Shown here one piece after another: positions 13,068 through 31,889 of a stretch of DNA of 64,000 nucleotides. Below the pieces are notes generated by a model. It ran no database searches and had not been told where the DNA came from. It saw only the letters and a program-made list of their open reading frames with translations. A program made the position numbers and the translations under genes. This stretch comes from the human T2T-CHM13v2.0 reference genome, Homo sapiens. Location: the NCBI RefSeq assembly GCF_009914755.1, contig NC_060947.1; one strand, written 5' to 3'. Within the stretch, counting starts at the first letter, position 1, and each line of letters starts with the position of its first letter.

Positions 13068-14039
13068 ATGAAGATGAGGAAAAACCAGCACAAAAAGGCT
13101 GAAAATTCCAAAAACCAGAATGCCTGTTCTCCTCCAAAGGATCACAACTCCGTGCCAGCAAGTGAGCAAAACTGGACAGAGAATGAGATTGACAAATTGA
13201 TTGAAGTAGGCTTCAGAAGGTGGGTAATAACAAACTACTCTGAGCTAAAGGAGAATGTTCTAACCTAACGCAAGGAAGCTAAGGACCTTGAAAAAAGGTT
13301 AGAGGAATTGCTAACTAGAATAACCAGTTTAGAGAAGAACATAAATGACCTGATAGAACTGAAAAACACAGCACGAGAACTTTGTGAAGCATACACAAGT
13401 ATCAATAGCCGAATGGATCAAGCAGAAGAAAGGATATGAACAAAGCCTCCAAAAAATATGGTACTATGTGAAAAGACCAGACCTATGTTTGATTGGTACC
13501 TGAAAGTGACAGGGAGAATGGAACCAAGTTGGAAAACACTCTTCAAGATACTATCCAGGTGAACTTCCCCAACCTAGAAAGATAGGCCAACATTCAAATT
13601 CAGGAAATACAGAGAACGCCACAAAGATACTCCTCGAGAAGAGCAACCCCAAGACACATAATCGTCAGATTCACCAAGGCTGAAATGAAGAAAAAAATGT
13701 TAAGGGCAGCCAGAGAGAAAGGTCCGGTTACCCACAAAGGGAAGCCCATCAGACTAACAGTGGATTTCTTTGCAGAAACCCTACAAGCCAGAAGATGGGG
13801 GGTCAGGGGAGGTGGGGGGCAATATTCAACATTCACAAAGAAAAGAATTTTCAACCAGAATTTCATATCCAGCCAAACTAAGCTTCATAAGTGAAGGAGA
13901 AATAAAATACTTTACAGGAAAGCAAATGCTGAGAGATTTTGTCATCACCAGGCCTGCCTTACAAGAGCTCCTGAAGGAAGCACTAAATATGGAAAGGAAA
14001 AACCCGTACCAGCCACTGCAAAAACATACCAAATTATAA
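13068..14039 (+). pseudogene. ORF1: L1 ORF1p remnant (stops, deletion, frameshifts)
   Basis: MRKNQHKKAENSKNQ..., KMLRAAREKG..., ISYPAKLSFISEGEIK...RPALQELLKEAL pieces in different frames. Confidence 0.9.
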
Positions 14040-14102
14040 AGTCCATTGGCACTATGAAGAAACTGCATCAACTAACAGACAAAATAACCAGCTAGCATCA
14101 TA

Positions 14103-18234
<4,132 letters not shown>

Positions 18235-18247
18235 ACAATGAGAGTGC

Positions 18248-19381
18248 TATCGGGGGAACCCGCCCCCAGTATTTCAACATATGTTCTTTCTATTTTCCCT
18301 AGGTGTTGGCTGGCTGAGAAATAAAGAGAAAGAGTACAAAGAGAGGAATTTTACAGCTGGGCCTCTGGGGGTGACATCACATATCAGTAGGATCATGATG
18401 CCCACCTGAGCTGCAAAACCAGCAGGTTTTTACTAAGGATTTCAAAAGGGGAGAGGGTGTATGAACAGGGAGTAGATCACAAAGATTACATGCTTCAAAG
18501 GGCAAAAAGGAGAACAAAGATCACATGCTTCTGAGGCCAATAAAGATCATAAGGCAAAGGGCAAAAGAACACCTGATAGGGGTCTATGTTTAGCTGTGCA
18601 CGTATTGTGTTGATAATCATCTTAAACAACGGAAAACAGGGTTCGAGAGTAGAGAACTGGTCTGACCTCAAATTCACCAGGGGTGCGTTTTTTCCCCACC
18701 CTAATAAGCCTGAGGGTACTGCAGGAGACCAGGGCGTATTTCAATCCTTATCTCAACAGCGTAAGACAGACACTCCCAGAGAGCTATTTATAGACCTCCC
18801 CCTAGGAAAGCATTCCTTCCCCAGGGTATTAATTATTAATATTCCTTGCTGGGAAAAGAATTTAGTGATATCTTCCCTACTTGCATGTCCATTTATAGGC
18901 TCTCTGAAAGAAGAAAAATATGGCTCTATTCTGCCCGACCCTGCAGGCAGTCAGACCTTATGGTTGTCTTCCCTTGTTCCCTAAAATCGCTGTTATTCTG
19001 CTCTTTTTCAAGGTGCACTGATTTTATATTGTTCAAACACACGTTTTACAATCAATTTGTACAGTTAGATACAATTATCACAGTGGTCCTGAGGTGACGT
19101 ACATCCTCAGCTTATGAAGATAACAGGATTAAGTGATTAAAGTAAGACAGGCATAAGAAATTATAAGAGTATTATTTGGGAACTGATAAATGTCCATATT
19201 AAAATGGAATCTTTGCAATTTATGTTCAGAGATTGCAGTAAAGACAGGCGTAAGGAATTATAAAAGTATTAATTTTGGGAACTGATATTTGTCCATATTA
19301 AAATGAGATCTTCACAATTTATGTTCCTCTGCTGCAGCTCCAGCTGGTCCCTCCGTTCGGGGTCCCTGACTTCCCGCAACA
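18248..19381 (-). mobile_element. MER11 (HERV-K11/HML-8) solo LTR in L1 3'UTR
   Basis: Reverse complement begins tgttgcgggaagtcagggaccccgaacggaggg and ends gggttcccccgata; ~1.13 kb; carries an internal ~100-bp repeat (19143-19320). Confidence 0.9.
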
Positions 19382-19890
19382 GAACACAGGGACACAGGGA
19401 GGGGAACATCACACACTGGGGCCTGTTGGGGTGTGGGGGTAGGGTAGGGGAGGGATAGCATTTGGAAAAATATCTAATGTAGATGACGGGCTGATGGGTG
19501 CAGCAAACTACCATGGCACATGTATACCTATGTAACAAACCTGCACGTTCTGCACACGTATCCCAAAATGTAAAGGATAGTAATAAAAAAAAAATCCAAG
19601 TTAAGGACTAGTTTAACATCCTGGTTTAGTGGTGTTGCTAACGGGGTGGGAATTAGGAGAACATTAGAGTCCTGTCCTATTCTTTGATATATACAATTGA
19701 TATTTATACAACTTCACAAAATTTTTAAACAAACTGTGCTCCATCTTTCCACTTCTCATCAGAATGCCACTCCTAAGCCCCTCCTATGTAATAATTATAG
19801 CACCATCCTAGCCTCACAGTTCCTGGATTATCTCAGTCTAAATTCCTCCCTATTTACTCTACCTTTGTTACTCATCAGTGTGCCTATACC

Positions 19891-20087
19891 CAGGGTTTCT
19901 CACCCTTGGCACTATTGATATATGGGGCTTGATATTTATTTGCTGTGGGGGACTTCCCTGTGCATTTTAGGATATTTAGCAGCATCTCTGGCCTCTACCC
20001 ACTAGGTGCCAGCAATACCCTCCTCCATCTCCAGACATTGCAAAATGTCCTCTGCAGGACCAAGTTCACCCTGACTGAGAACCACTG
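19891..20087 (-). mobile_element. MER20 hAT-Charlie DNA transposon
   Basis: TIRs cagggtttctca...tgagaaccactg; internal tctggcctctacccactag. Confidence 0.85.
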
Positions 20088-20155
20088 GGTTATACCTTAT
20101 CATCCTAGGCCTGTCTGAGAAAGAAGCCAATATTTTTTGTGTATTCCAACTAGAA

Positions 20156-20227
20156 GTGTGTGTGTGTGCATGTGTGTGTGTGTTGCACATGTGCATGCGA
20201 CATGCATGCATACACAGGCATGTGTGT
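20156..20227. repeat. (TG)n/(CA)n compound microsatellite
   Basis: gtgtgtgtgtgtgcatgtgtgtgtgtg...catgcatgcatacaca. Confidence 0.85.
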
Positions 20228-21239
20228 CATGGCTTAAGGTTATTTGGGGTTCGCTACTTTTAACCAAAATAGTCTTGACTAGCATACTGCAAAGGGATAA
20301 AAATAATTTAAAAAAAATAATGAGTGCACAATCTTAAACATTAAATTCTAACTTCTTTTGCCTTGTATGCTCTAGTATAAGGGCTATAAAATGATAACGA
20401 AGATATTTTCTTTGAATGCAAAATTTATAAAGTTTTTTCTCTTTGGTGTATTTTAATTTTTTAATGTTTCATGCATTATAAAAATAAATATGGTAATTTG
20501 TCATTAGGTATTTGTCCACAGAAACTAAAAAAAACAGTTTTATGAAAATGGAAAATGAAAACCATGTGGTCTTATATTCAGGGACTCCCAAGAACACATG
20601 CTGATCTGTAAATAAAGATATGTAGAAACAAGAATGTCCTCTACGTAGAAAAATACACAAACCCACAATGAAAACAGATAGCTATTTCTCTTTCTGATCT
20701 AAATCTGATGAGCTTAAAAAGAAATATAAATGAGCAGACAGTATGTTTAAAGTAGACAGCTGCTAACAAATCGTGATGACACCAAGCTAACCCTAACTGC
20801 ATCAGTTTTAGGGCCAAATTTATGTTTAAGGAAAAAAATATTCCAAGTCATTTTATAGATAGGACCTTACTTAAAACTTTTAAAATAGATTACTATTATA
20901 GGTTGTTATAAAGATGATTATGAAACCATAATCATGTTTCTCATAATGTAAGTAAAAGCTGAATAGGAATTAATTATAATGAATTACTAGATAAAACTTT
21001 AAAAAATTTCTTTCTTTAGAAACTCTTAACACAACCTTGGTTTGAAGACCAACTCTGCCCTTATTGCTCTAAGGACTTGAGTAAAAGTGTATATTTTAAA
21101 TGCATTTTTAAACCTTTACCTTTTTCTATCAAATTAAAGCATATGCGTGGGTTTAAAAACCAAATATTATTCAAAGACTTGTAATGAGAAACAGCAGTTC
21201 CTTGCCCTATGCCTTCTCATTACCCAGTTTTATTTAGTA

Positions 21240-24200
21240 TTTAAAATTTTTATTATGTCTAAAAAATTACACAAGTAATATAAGAATACATTCCCATTGG
21301 GAATGAGTCGTCATTCACAAGTACAGAAAGTAAAACGTTCAAGTGCTCCTCTTACATTTCACTCCCCCATCTCACCCTGCTTCCTGAAATAATCATTGTC
21401 ATCATTTTGATGTGAATGTTTACAAACTTTTCCCTATGGATTTACATGTATATGTACCTACAAATTCGTTTGGTTACCTTATTGAGATCATATGATAAAA
21501 ATGGTTTTGCTATTAATACTTTTTTTTACATAATAATATGCTTTGGAGACCTTTCCATGTCAGTGCATATAGACCTACTTCATTTCTTTTAACCACAACC
21601 TAATGTAGATATATCGTTATTTAACAACTTGTGAGCATTTAGATTGTTTCCAACTTTTTACAATTAAAAATAATGCAACAACAAACATCTTTGTCCTTGC
21701 GTCTTTTTGTGTACACATATGCTAGGTCCAAACTTTGCATATTTTATATTTTGATAGCAACTGAGAAATATCCCTCCAAAGAGGTAATATTATTTTATAG
21801 GCTTTAAGCAAAAGTGGAAATTTTTGCCAAATCAGACCAAAAAAACTACTATCTTTTTAATATTGCTTTCCCTGATAAGTAGTGAGTTTGTGTACATTTT
21901 CATACTTGTAGTTGCCTTTTAAATTTCTTCCTCTCTGAATCTCATAATCACATCATTTCTAACCCTCTCTAATAATATGTTCTTTGCCTTTTTCTTAAGA
22001 TTTTTTTTCATATATTCTAGATCTGAATCTGTTATCATACATGTTGCAAGTAATTCTCCCATTCTGACACTTTCCTTCTTAGCTCACAACATCAATTAAC
22101 AATATAATTAAATTACATAATTTGTTATAAGATCTATTGATTGCACAATTAAAATGTTCATTTTTTTCTTTAAAAATTTTTTAAACTTTTAATTTCGGGG
22201 GTACATGTGCAGATTTGTTGTATAGGTAAACTCTGTGTCACTGAGGAGAGAGGTTTGCTGTGTGGATTATTTCATCACCCAGGTAATAAGAATAGTACCC
22301 AATAGGTATTTTTTTCTGATTAACTCCTTCCTCTCACTCTCCACCCTCAAATAAGCCCTAGTGTCTATTGTTTCCTTCTTGGTGTCCATGCGTTCTCGCT
22401 GTTTAGCTCCCACTTATAAGTGAGAACATGTGGTATTTGGTTTTCTGTTCCTGCATTAGTTTGCTTAGGGTAATGGCCTCCAGCTCCATCCATGTCACTG
22501 CAAAGGACATGATCTCGTTCTCTTTTTGGCTGCGTAGTATTCCATGGTGTATAAGTATCACATTTTCTTCATCCAGTCTACCATTGATGGGCATTTGGGT
22601 TGATTCTGTGTCTTTACTATTGTGCATAGTGCTATGATGAACATATGTGTGTATGTGTCTTTATGGTAGAATGATTTATATTCCTTTGGGTATATATCCA
22701 GTACTGGGATTGCTGGGTTGAATGGTAATTCTGTTTTAAGTTCTTTAATGTATTGCTATGCTGATTTTCACAATGGCTGAACTAACATACATCCTACTAG
22801 TAGTGTATAAGTGTTCCCTTTTCTCCACAACCTCTCCAGCATCTGTTAATTTTAGGCTTTTTAATAGTAGCCATTCTGATTGACATGAGATGGTATCTGA
22901 TTGTGGTTTTGATTTGCATTTCTCTAATGATCAGTGATATTGAGCTTTTTTAAAAGGCTTTTTGGCTGCATGTATATCTTTTGAAAAATGTTCATGTCCT
23001 TTCCCACTTTTTAATGGGGTTGTTTGATTTTTGCTTATAAATTTATTTAAGTTCCTTATAGATTCTGGATACTAGACCTTGTTGGATACATAGTTTGCAA
23101 ATATTTTTCTCCTTTCTGTAGGTTTCCTCTTTATTCTGTTGATAGTTTCTTTTGCTGTACAGAAGCTCTTTAGTTTAATTCGATTCCATTTGTCAATTTT
23201 TGTTTTGTTGCAATTGCTCTTGGCATCTTTGTTATGAAATCTTTGCCAGTTTCTATGTCCAGAATGTTATTTCCTAAGTTATCTTCCCAAGCTTTTATAG
23301 TTTTAGGTTTCACTTTTAAGTCTTTAAATCTTTGTGGATTCTTGATTTAAATGTTGCTAAAAGGTCTTCCTCACCCTATGATAAAAATATCCTTCTAAAT
23401 TTTCTTCTTTAGAACTTAGTACAGTATTCAATTATGTCATTGACATTGTGTTCTTTAATCCATCTGGAATTTATTTTTTGTGTGTGGTATCAATTAGAAT
23501 GTGAACTTAATTTTTTTCTAATATGAAGTAAGTTATCTCAATATTACTTAATGCATTGTTTCCCTTATAATTTGAAGTGTCACTTTTTCCCTCTATTAGA
23601 TGTCCTGGCTGTCTGTTTTATCTTATTGATGTACTTGTCCATTTTAATTACTATAACTTATTTTAGCCTTATGGGATATTTTAATATCTGATGGAGCAAC
23701 CTATCATTGTTCTTCTTTGTCCACTTAAAAATAATTTTTATGTATTTTTACTTTCTCAGTTGAATATAAAATTAGTTTGCTAAGTTGCACAAAACATCCT
23801 GTTGAAACGATGTTTTTCATTGCATTGTATTTATAGGTTAATTTTGGGAGAAATGGCATCTCTAAAATATTGTTTTTCCAGCCCGTATCATAGTATAACT
23901 CTCTGTAGATATTTTTTTTCTTGTTATGTCCTTTATTTAAATGTTACTGATATAAGGTGTTTGCCTGTGGACTCTGCAATGCCAGTGGATTTCCTTCTTC
24001 TATGGACTGAGGCTTTTGCCAAACAGTCTATTATACATATCTAACATGACAACAATTTTAGAAGTTGTGACCAGGTGGGACATATGCAAACAATGACAGA
24101 TATATCATGACTTGCCTATCAAATGGCCACTATAAAATGCTGTTGGTTATAAAATTCTTTCTGATTTCAGAGATGTTAGAATGTGAAAAATAGACATATA

Positions 24201-24540
24201 GAATTAATGAAATATAATCAACAAAGGAGTTATCTATTTTTTGCAGATTTGGTTGACTTCATCTGTGAAGCTATATGGGTCTTAAGGCTTTTTTAAGGGC
24301 AAATATTTGACTAGGTTTTCAGCATCTTCTATGATTTGGGGATTATTCAGGATTTCTATTCTATCTTAGAGTCAATTTTAATAATCATTATGTTTCCCAG
24401 AATGTGGTCTATTTCATTTAAGTTCTCAAATCTATTTACATAAAGTTGTACATAATATGCTCCTAATATTTTTGATATTTCTCTTTGTATTGTTAGTTAT
24501 GTCCTCTTTCATATTCTGATTATTTTTTTCTGTATGTGTT
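21240..24540 (-). mobile_element. Old L1M (L1ME-like) remnants, interrupted by a younger L1
   Basis: Degenerate reverse L1 3'/ORF2 motifs (catttagattgtttccaac, ctttaatccatctggaatttatt, catctgtgaagctatatgggtc). Confidence 0.6.
22175..23330 (-). mobile_element. L1PA15/16-like 3' fragment
   Basis: ggtacatgtgcagatttgttgtataggtaaac; ORF 22403-22627 EIMSFAVTWMELEAI (ORF2 C-terminus). Confidence 0.85.
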
Positions 24541-26360
24541 GTGGGATGGTGGTAGTTTTTTTAGTACATTTGTTATCAATCAAACCAGTAATCAAACGCC
24601 ACTATCCTTGGTATTTCCTGACATCATTCAATAATTATTTCTTCTTTCTCAACTCTTCAGAGTTATTTTTTAAATTGAAATTGTATTTTTATGAAGTAAT
24701 ATATATATTTGATTAAAACATTTTTAAAATTTATATATAATAGTTGTACATGTTTTTGGAATACGTGTGATATTCTGTAACTGTATACAATTTGCGATGA
24801 TCAAATCAGGGTAATTTGGATATCCATCACCTCAAACACTTATCTTTTCCCTGTGTTGGGATCATTACAAATATCCTCTAGGTATTTTGATATATACGAT
24901 ACATTATTGTTGACTATAGTTTCCCTAGTATACGTTGAAATATTAGAACTTATTATTTCTATCTGACTGTATTTTTGTACCCCTTAATTTCTCTTCATTC
25001 CTCTCCTCCCTCTCCTTTCCAGCCTCTGGTAACCACCATTCTACTGCCATGCTCCATGGGGTTCACTTTTTTAATTCCCACATATGAGTGAGAAAATGCA
25101 ATGTTTTGTCTTTCTGTGCCTGGCTTATTTCACTTAACATAATGATCTGCAGTTCCATCCATGCTGTTGCAAATGAGAGGATCTCATTCTTTTTTATGGC
25201 TGAATAGTATTCCATTGTGTGTGTATAGATTATGTTTACTTTATCCACTGATCTGTTAATGGACACCTAGGTTGATTCCATATCTTGGCTATTGTGAATA
25301 GTGTTGCAATAAACATGGTAGTGCAGATAGCTCTTTGACATATTGATTTCCTTTCTTTTGGATATATACCCAGCAGTGGAATTCCTGGATCATATGGTAG
25401 CTCTATTATTAGGTTTTTGGAGAACTTCTATACTGTTTTTCATGATGGATGTACTACCTTACACTCCCACCAACAGTGTACAAGACTTATATTTTCTCCA
25501 CATCCCTGCCAGTATTTGTTACTTTTTGTCTTTTTTATAATAACCGTTCTAACTGGAGGGAGATGGCATCCTGTTGTGGTTCAGATTTGCATTTCCTTGA
25601 TGATTAGTGATGTTGAGGATTTTTTTCAGATACTTGTTGGCCATCTGTATGTCTTCCTTTAAGAAATGTCTATTCAGGTCTTTGCCCACATTTTAATCAG
25701 ATTGCTTGTTTGTTTGCTATTAAGATGTTAGAGTGTCTTATGTATTATGATTACTAATCCCTTGTTGAATGGATAGTTTGCAAATATTTTCTCCCATTCT
25801 GTTGATTATCTCTTCACTTTGTTAATTGTTTCTTTTGCTGTGCAGAAGCATTTTAGCTTGGACGAATCCCATTTGTCTATTTTTGCTTCTGTTGCCTGTG
25901 CTTTTATGTCTTACTAAATAAACCTCTGCCAAGATAAATATGCTAACATGGCTTCCTAAATTTTTCTTTTAGTAGTTTCATAGTGGTAGGCTTTACATTG
26001 AATGTTTAATCCATTTTGAGTTGATTTTTGTATATGGTGAAAGATGGGGATCTAGTTTCATTATTCTGTGTATTGATATCCAGTTTTCTCAGCACCATTT
26101 ATTAAAGAGACTGTCTTTTCCTCAAGGGCTGATCTTGCCTTCTTTGTCAAAAATAAGTGTGCTGTAATTGCTTGGGTTTAATTCCGGGTTTTCTATTCTG
26201 TTCCATTGGTCTATGTGTCTGGTTTTATGCCAGTACCATGCTATTTTGGTTACTATTGACTTGTCATATAATTTGAAATCGGATAATGTGATGCCTCCAG
26301 CTTTGTTCTGTTTGCTCAGGATTGCTTTAGCTATTCGGGGTCTTTTGTCATTCCATATAA

Positions 26361-26686
<326 letters not shown>

Positions 26687-26996
26687 TGAATTGGTTTTTC
26701 TATTTCTGTGAAGAGTGTCATTGGTGTTTTGATAGGGATTGCATTGCATCTATAAATTTCTTTGGCCACCCAAAGACATTTTAACCATATTAATTCTTCA
26801 AATCCATGAGCAAGGGATATGATTCCATTTCTTTGTCTGCTCTTCAATTTCTTTCATCCATCAATAGTTTTTTCACAGAGATATTTCAGTTCATTGGTTA
26901 AATTTATTTCTAGGTATTTTTTTGTAGCTATTGAAATGAGATTGATTTCATTTCTTTTTTAGATTGATCACTATTTTCATGTAGAAACACTGTTGA

Positions 26997-27350
<354 letters not shown>

Positions 27351-27549
27351 TGCTTTGTCTTTTCATATAGTTTTTGACTTAAAGTCTATTATATCTGATA
27401 TAAACATATCTATTCCAGCTTACTTTTTTGGTTTCCATTTCCATGGAATATTGGTTTTACCTTTACTTTCAGTCTATGTGTGTCTTTATAGGTAAAGTGA
27501 GATTTTTGTCAGCAGCATATAGTTGGGTCTTTTAAATAAATCCATTCAA

Positions 27550-27880
27550 GGCTGGGCGTCATGGCTCATGCCTGTAATCCCAGCTATGGGACTATGGGAC
27601 TTTGGGAGGCCAAGGTGGGTGGATCACGAGGTCAGGAGTTTCAGACCAGCCTGACCAACATGGTGAAACCTCGTCTCTACTAAAAATAGAAAAATTAGCC
27701 AGGCGTGGTGGTGCATGAGTGTAGTCACAGCTACTCAGGAGACTGAGGCAGGAGAATCACTTGAACCAGGATGCAGAGGTTGCAGTGAGCTGAGATCGCG
27801 CCACTGAACTCCAGCCTGGGCAACAGAGTGACACTCCATCTCAAAAAAAAACAAAAAACAGAAAAACAAAACAAACAAAC
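27550..27880 (+). mobile_element. AluS (Sg-like)
   Basis: Alu dimer with ctatggga micro-duplication; TSD aaatccattca. Confidence 0.95.
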
Positions 27881-28065
27881 AAATCCATTCAGTGGTTCTA
27901 TGTTTTAATTGGAGAATTTAGTCCGTTTACCTTCACTGGTATTATAGATAGATATGGACTTACTACTGTCACTTCATTACTTGTTTTCAAATTGTTGCAT
28001 AAGTTATTTTTTCTTTTCTTCTTTTCTTTCTGTCTTTTTTTTGATACAGAGTTTCGCTCTTTCCC

Positions 28066-28591
<526 letters not shown>

Positions 28592-28623
28592 ACATCAGTA
28601 AGCACCAAATCACTAATTCTTAG

Positions 28624-28957
<334 letters not shown>

Positions 28958-29826
28958 TAGTCGGTTTTTTTAAACATTTTTTTTTAATTTAAATTTTATA
29001 AAAATTAAAAAAATTATCCATTTTTTGTAATTATTATCTGTGGGGAATTTGTGTGACCTTTTTCTCTGCTATTACAGGAAGTTCTCCCATACTAAATTAT
29101 TTTAATGTAAGATAGAGACAGTATAAGGGGTAGTCTGAATTTTGCTACCACAAAAGGAAGGAATCCAGCTATTTTTTGTTGATTTGTGGTAATAAGGTAA
29201 ATCAGAGATATGGTATAGCTCAGCGTTGAGAAAACAGCAGAATATACACAAAATGTGTAAGCAATAATAGCATTAGAGAATCAGATTGAAGGACAAATTT
29301 GGAATTAGAATCCAAGAGCTTAGGGTGCCAGACTAGAAGTAAGATTAGATAGAGTCAAGTATACCAAGACAAAGATAAATGGCCTAAGAATACCCATGGT
29401 AAGAGCCAGGTTGGGAAGAGAGTGCTCTTCATAAATTCTGACTCCTAAGCTGGAGTCACTGATCTGTAGAGGCAGACACCTGGGAAGCATCAAGGAGAGG
29501 ACCTTGGGGGTCCTTTAGCACCAGGCCTGACCTGGTGGCACCCCCTTTTCTTCCTGACCCAATGCCACAAATTAATTTTTATGGCTGCTTCCATTAAGTT
29601 TCTTAGCACCATCATTTTGAATCTCAATAGAAATCAGTCATCTGCATCCACTCACTTCAGTAAGCACTGGGCCAGAGACAGAGGTTCTTTTAAAAATATC
29701 TTTGATTTCTATATGAAGCATTGCCAGATGATCTAATATTTTTATGGGAAGAATATATCCCTGCTCAATAGCTTTAGCAGAATAATAATAGCCACTATGA
29801 GGTGCCAGGTATTGTTTAAGGCACTC

Positions 29827-30186
29827 TGTGACGTCCGTCTATCTTATTGAAAACACTGCACACTTAACTTCTACTAAAATGACAACTGGATGCCATAAAT
29901 TCTGAAGCACAGACCTCAGAAACACAACCGACTAGGACCCCAATATGTGCTCAATACTAACCAATTTCCCCAGATACCTACAACCAACCAATCAATCATA
30001 CATTCAGCTTTCCTAGTATAGAACTGAGATAATTTGCAATTTTGGCTTTAAGAACCCTAGCCCATTTCCATCCCTCTAGTGTAAATTCACAGAACATGAC
30101 ATCTGCCTAAGACTGAGGCTTTTGTCTAACAGTAAGACACTTACCACTCAGTCTTTGGCCTTTGAGTTCCTATTTTCTTTTTAACA
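29827..30186 (+). mobile_element. Putative old ERV solo LTR (family unassigned)
   Basis: TG...CA termini (tgtgac...ttaaca), CCAAT boxes, splits a MIR. Confidence 0.4.
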
Positions 30187-30273
30187 TGTTCAAAGCTCTT
30201 CTCAATCATAACTCATTTAATATTCACAACAGTCTTGTGAGACAAGTATGCTGTACAATTATTATCCCAGATG

Positions 30274-30351
30274 AGGAAATCAAGATATAGAAAATTTAAA
30301 TTACTTGCTTAAGGAAATCAAGATATAGAAAATTTAAATTACTTGCTTAAG
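30274..30351. repeat. Perfect 38-bp tandem duplication
   Basis: aggaaatcaagatatagaaaatttaaattacttgctta x2 (30274-30311, 30312-30349) plus ag. Confidence 0.95.
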
Positions 30352-31889
30352 TGACAGACTTGGCATTTCAAATCCAAGTAAGCTGGCTCCAGAGCCTATG
30401 TGCTTAACCACAACACCAAACTCTCATAACTCCTGAGGAATCTGAGCAAATACATTACAGAATTATGAGGACATTACATTGACAAGTAAAATTGCACCAT
30501 TGCATCAATATTTTCAAGCCCCTATTGAGGCATAAACATTAAATAAAATTTTCTTTATGACTAGAAGAACACTGTGTGTTTCTCTCTTTTGCTTTTCATT
30601 CTAGTTATATTGGACCCCATGGAATAGGATGGCTTCTGCTTTAGTTTATAGAAAACCCCCCGGTTTTCTTTGTGCTATGTGACTTACACTACAAAGACCT
30701 GATGTTTCTTCTTCCTCTCTGGCAGAGACCCTTTCCTCCAAATTTATATGTAGATGTGGGAGTAGCTGCTGTCTGTCTGGAGCCAGAAGAACTAATAATT
30801 GAGTTGAAGATGTGTTATTGTTCTGTGTTCATATTATCTGAGGTGAGACAATGGTCCTAGAGTGGTTGGAGAGGTTAAGTCTCAGGTAGTACAAAAGGGC
30901 TAGGTAGAGGGGAAGAGTTGCCAAAGGGATTGGGGCCTGGAGAGAATAAATAATTTAGACCTTGAAGCTTCTCAGAGATTGAGTGGACTATGGGACTTCA
31001 GCAGCTGCCAGACTTGAGAAAAGAAAGAGATTGGCTCCTGTTTACTGAGCAGAGGAGGGTCCAGTTCAGAGAATTTCTACAGGCATAGTCTAGGGAACAC
31101 TGCTGACTTGGGATTCACAAAGCTTCAAGAAAAGCAATCAGAAAAGCAATCTCAGCTTGAAGGTGAGAGTGGGCCAGGGAACAGAATAGACGAGGCCTCT
31201 GCTTTTTCAGAGAAAACTCCCACAACTAAAGAGAGGTGGAATCATATGAATGAGCAATAAGGACACGTAAATCAAAGGGTCAGCAGATGAACAGTAGAGT
31301 ATAATAACGGTGAAACAGAGATGAACTGGGAGAGGCTAAAGAGCAGTTTTATCTCAAGATTGCACTGAAGTGGAAGAAAAATAGCGAACACCCTACAACT
31401 GGCCATAGTATGCTCTATTGCAGTCAGTGGTGTGGGGCAGGGAAACTAATGAAGAAATGAATGCCAAAGGGTGGACTTTAGAGACAAAATGGTGCTTTGT
31501 CCTCTGAATGGTGGTACTACAATGTCCAGAGACTGAGGGCAGAGGTGGAAGGCTGACACTGGAGCCTGTTCTGGAGTTACATCCTCCCACACTGCTCCTT
31601 TATTTCTTTTGAAAGTCTTCACTGCTCCATCTCATGGGCGTTTGTCCTTCTGCTTGCTCCCTATTAGCCCTTTCAACCCTGGCAATTTACCTTTTAGTAA
31701 ATTGACTTGTCATAGACTAGTTGAATTTTGCTTTAACCTCATGTTGTAGATATATCTGAGTTTTCTCACTGCTTAGTTCAATTATTCAGTGTTTGATTTC
31801 TGATAAAAAATAAAGCCTAATATTTGTGTATGCTTTATGTATTTCAATATGACCTTGTATGTGATATCTCATTAGTCATCAAAACAACC

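Larger units (their letters stand above)
29780..30430. mobile_element. MIR interrupted by an LTR-like insert
   Basis: aataataatagccactatgaggtgccagg... resuming as ctcatttaatattcacaac...cagatgaggaaat...ctggctccagagcc. Confidence 0.6.

Noticed and set aside
19143-19320. ~100-bp direct repeat resembling an array
   Set aside because: Intrinsic internal repeat of the MER11 LTR; not CRISPR-like
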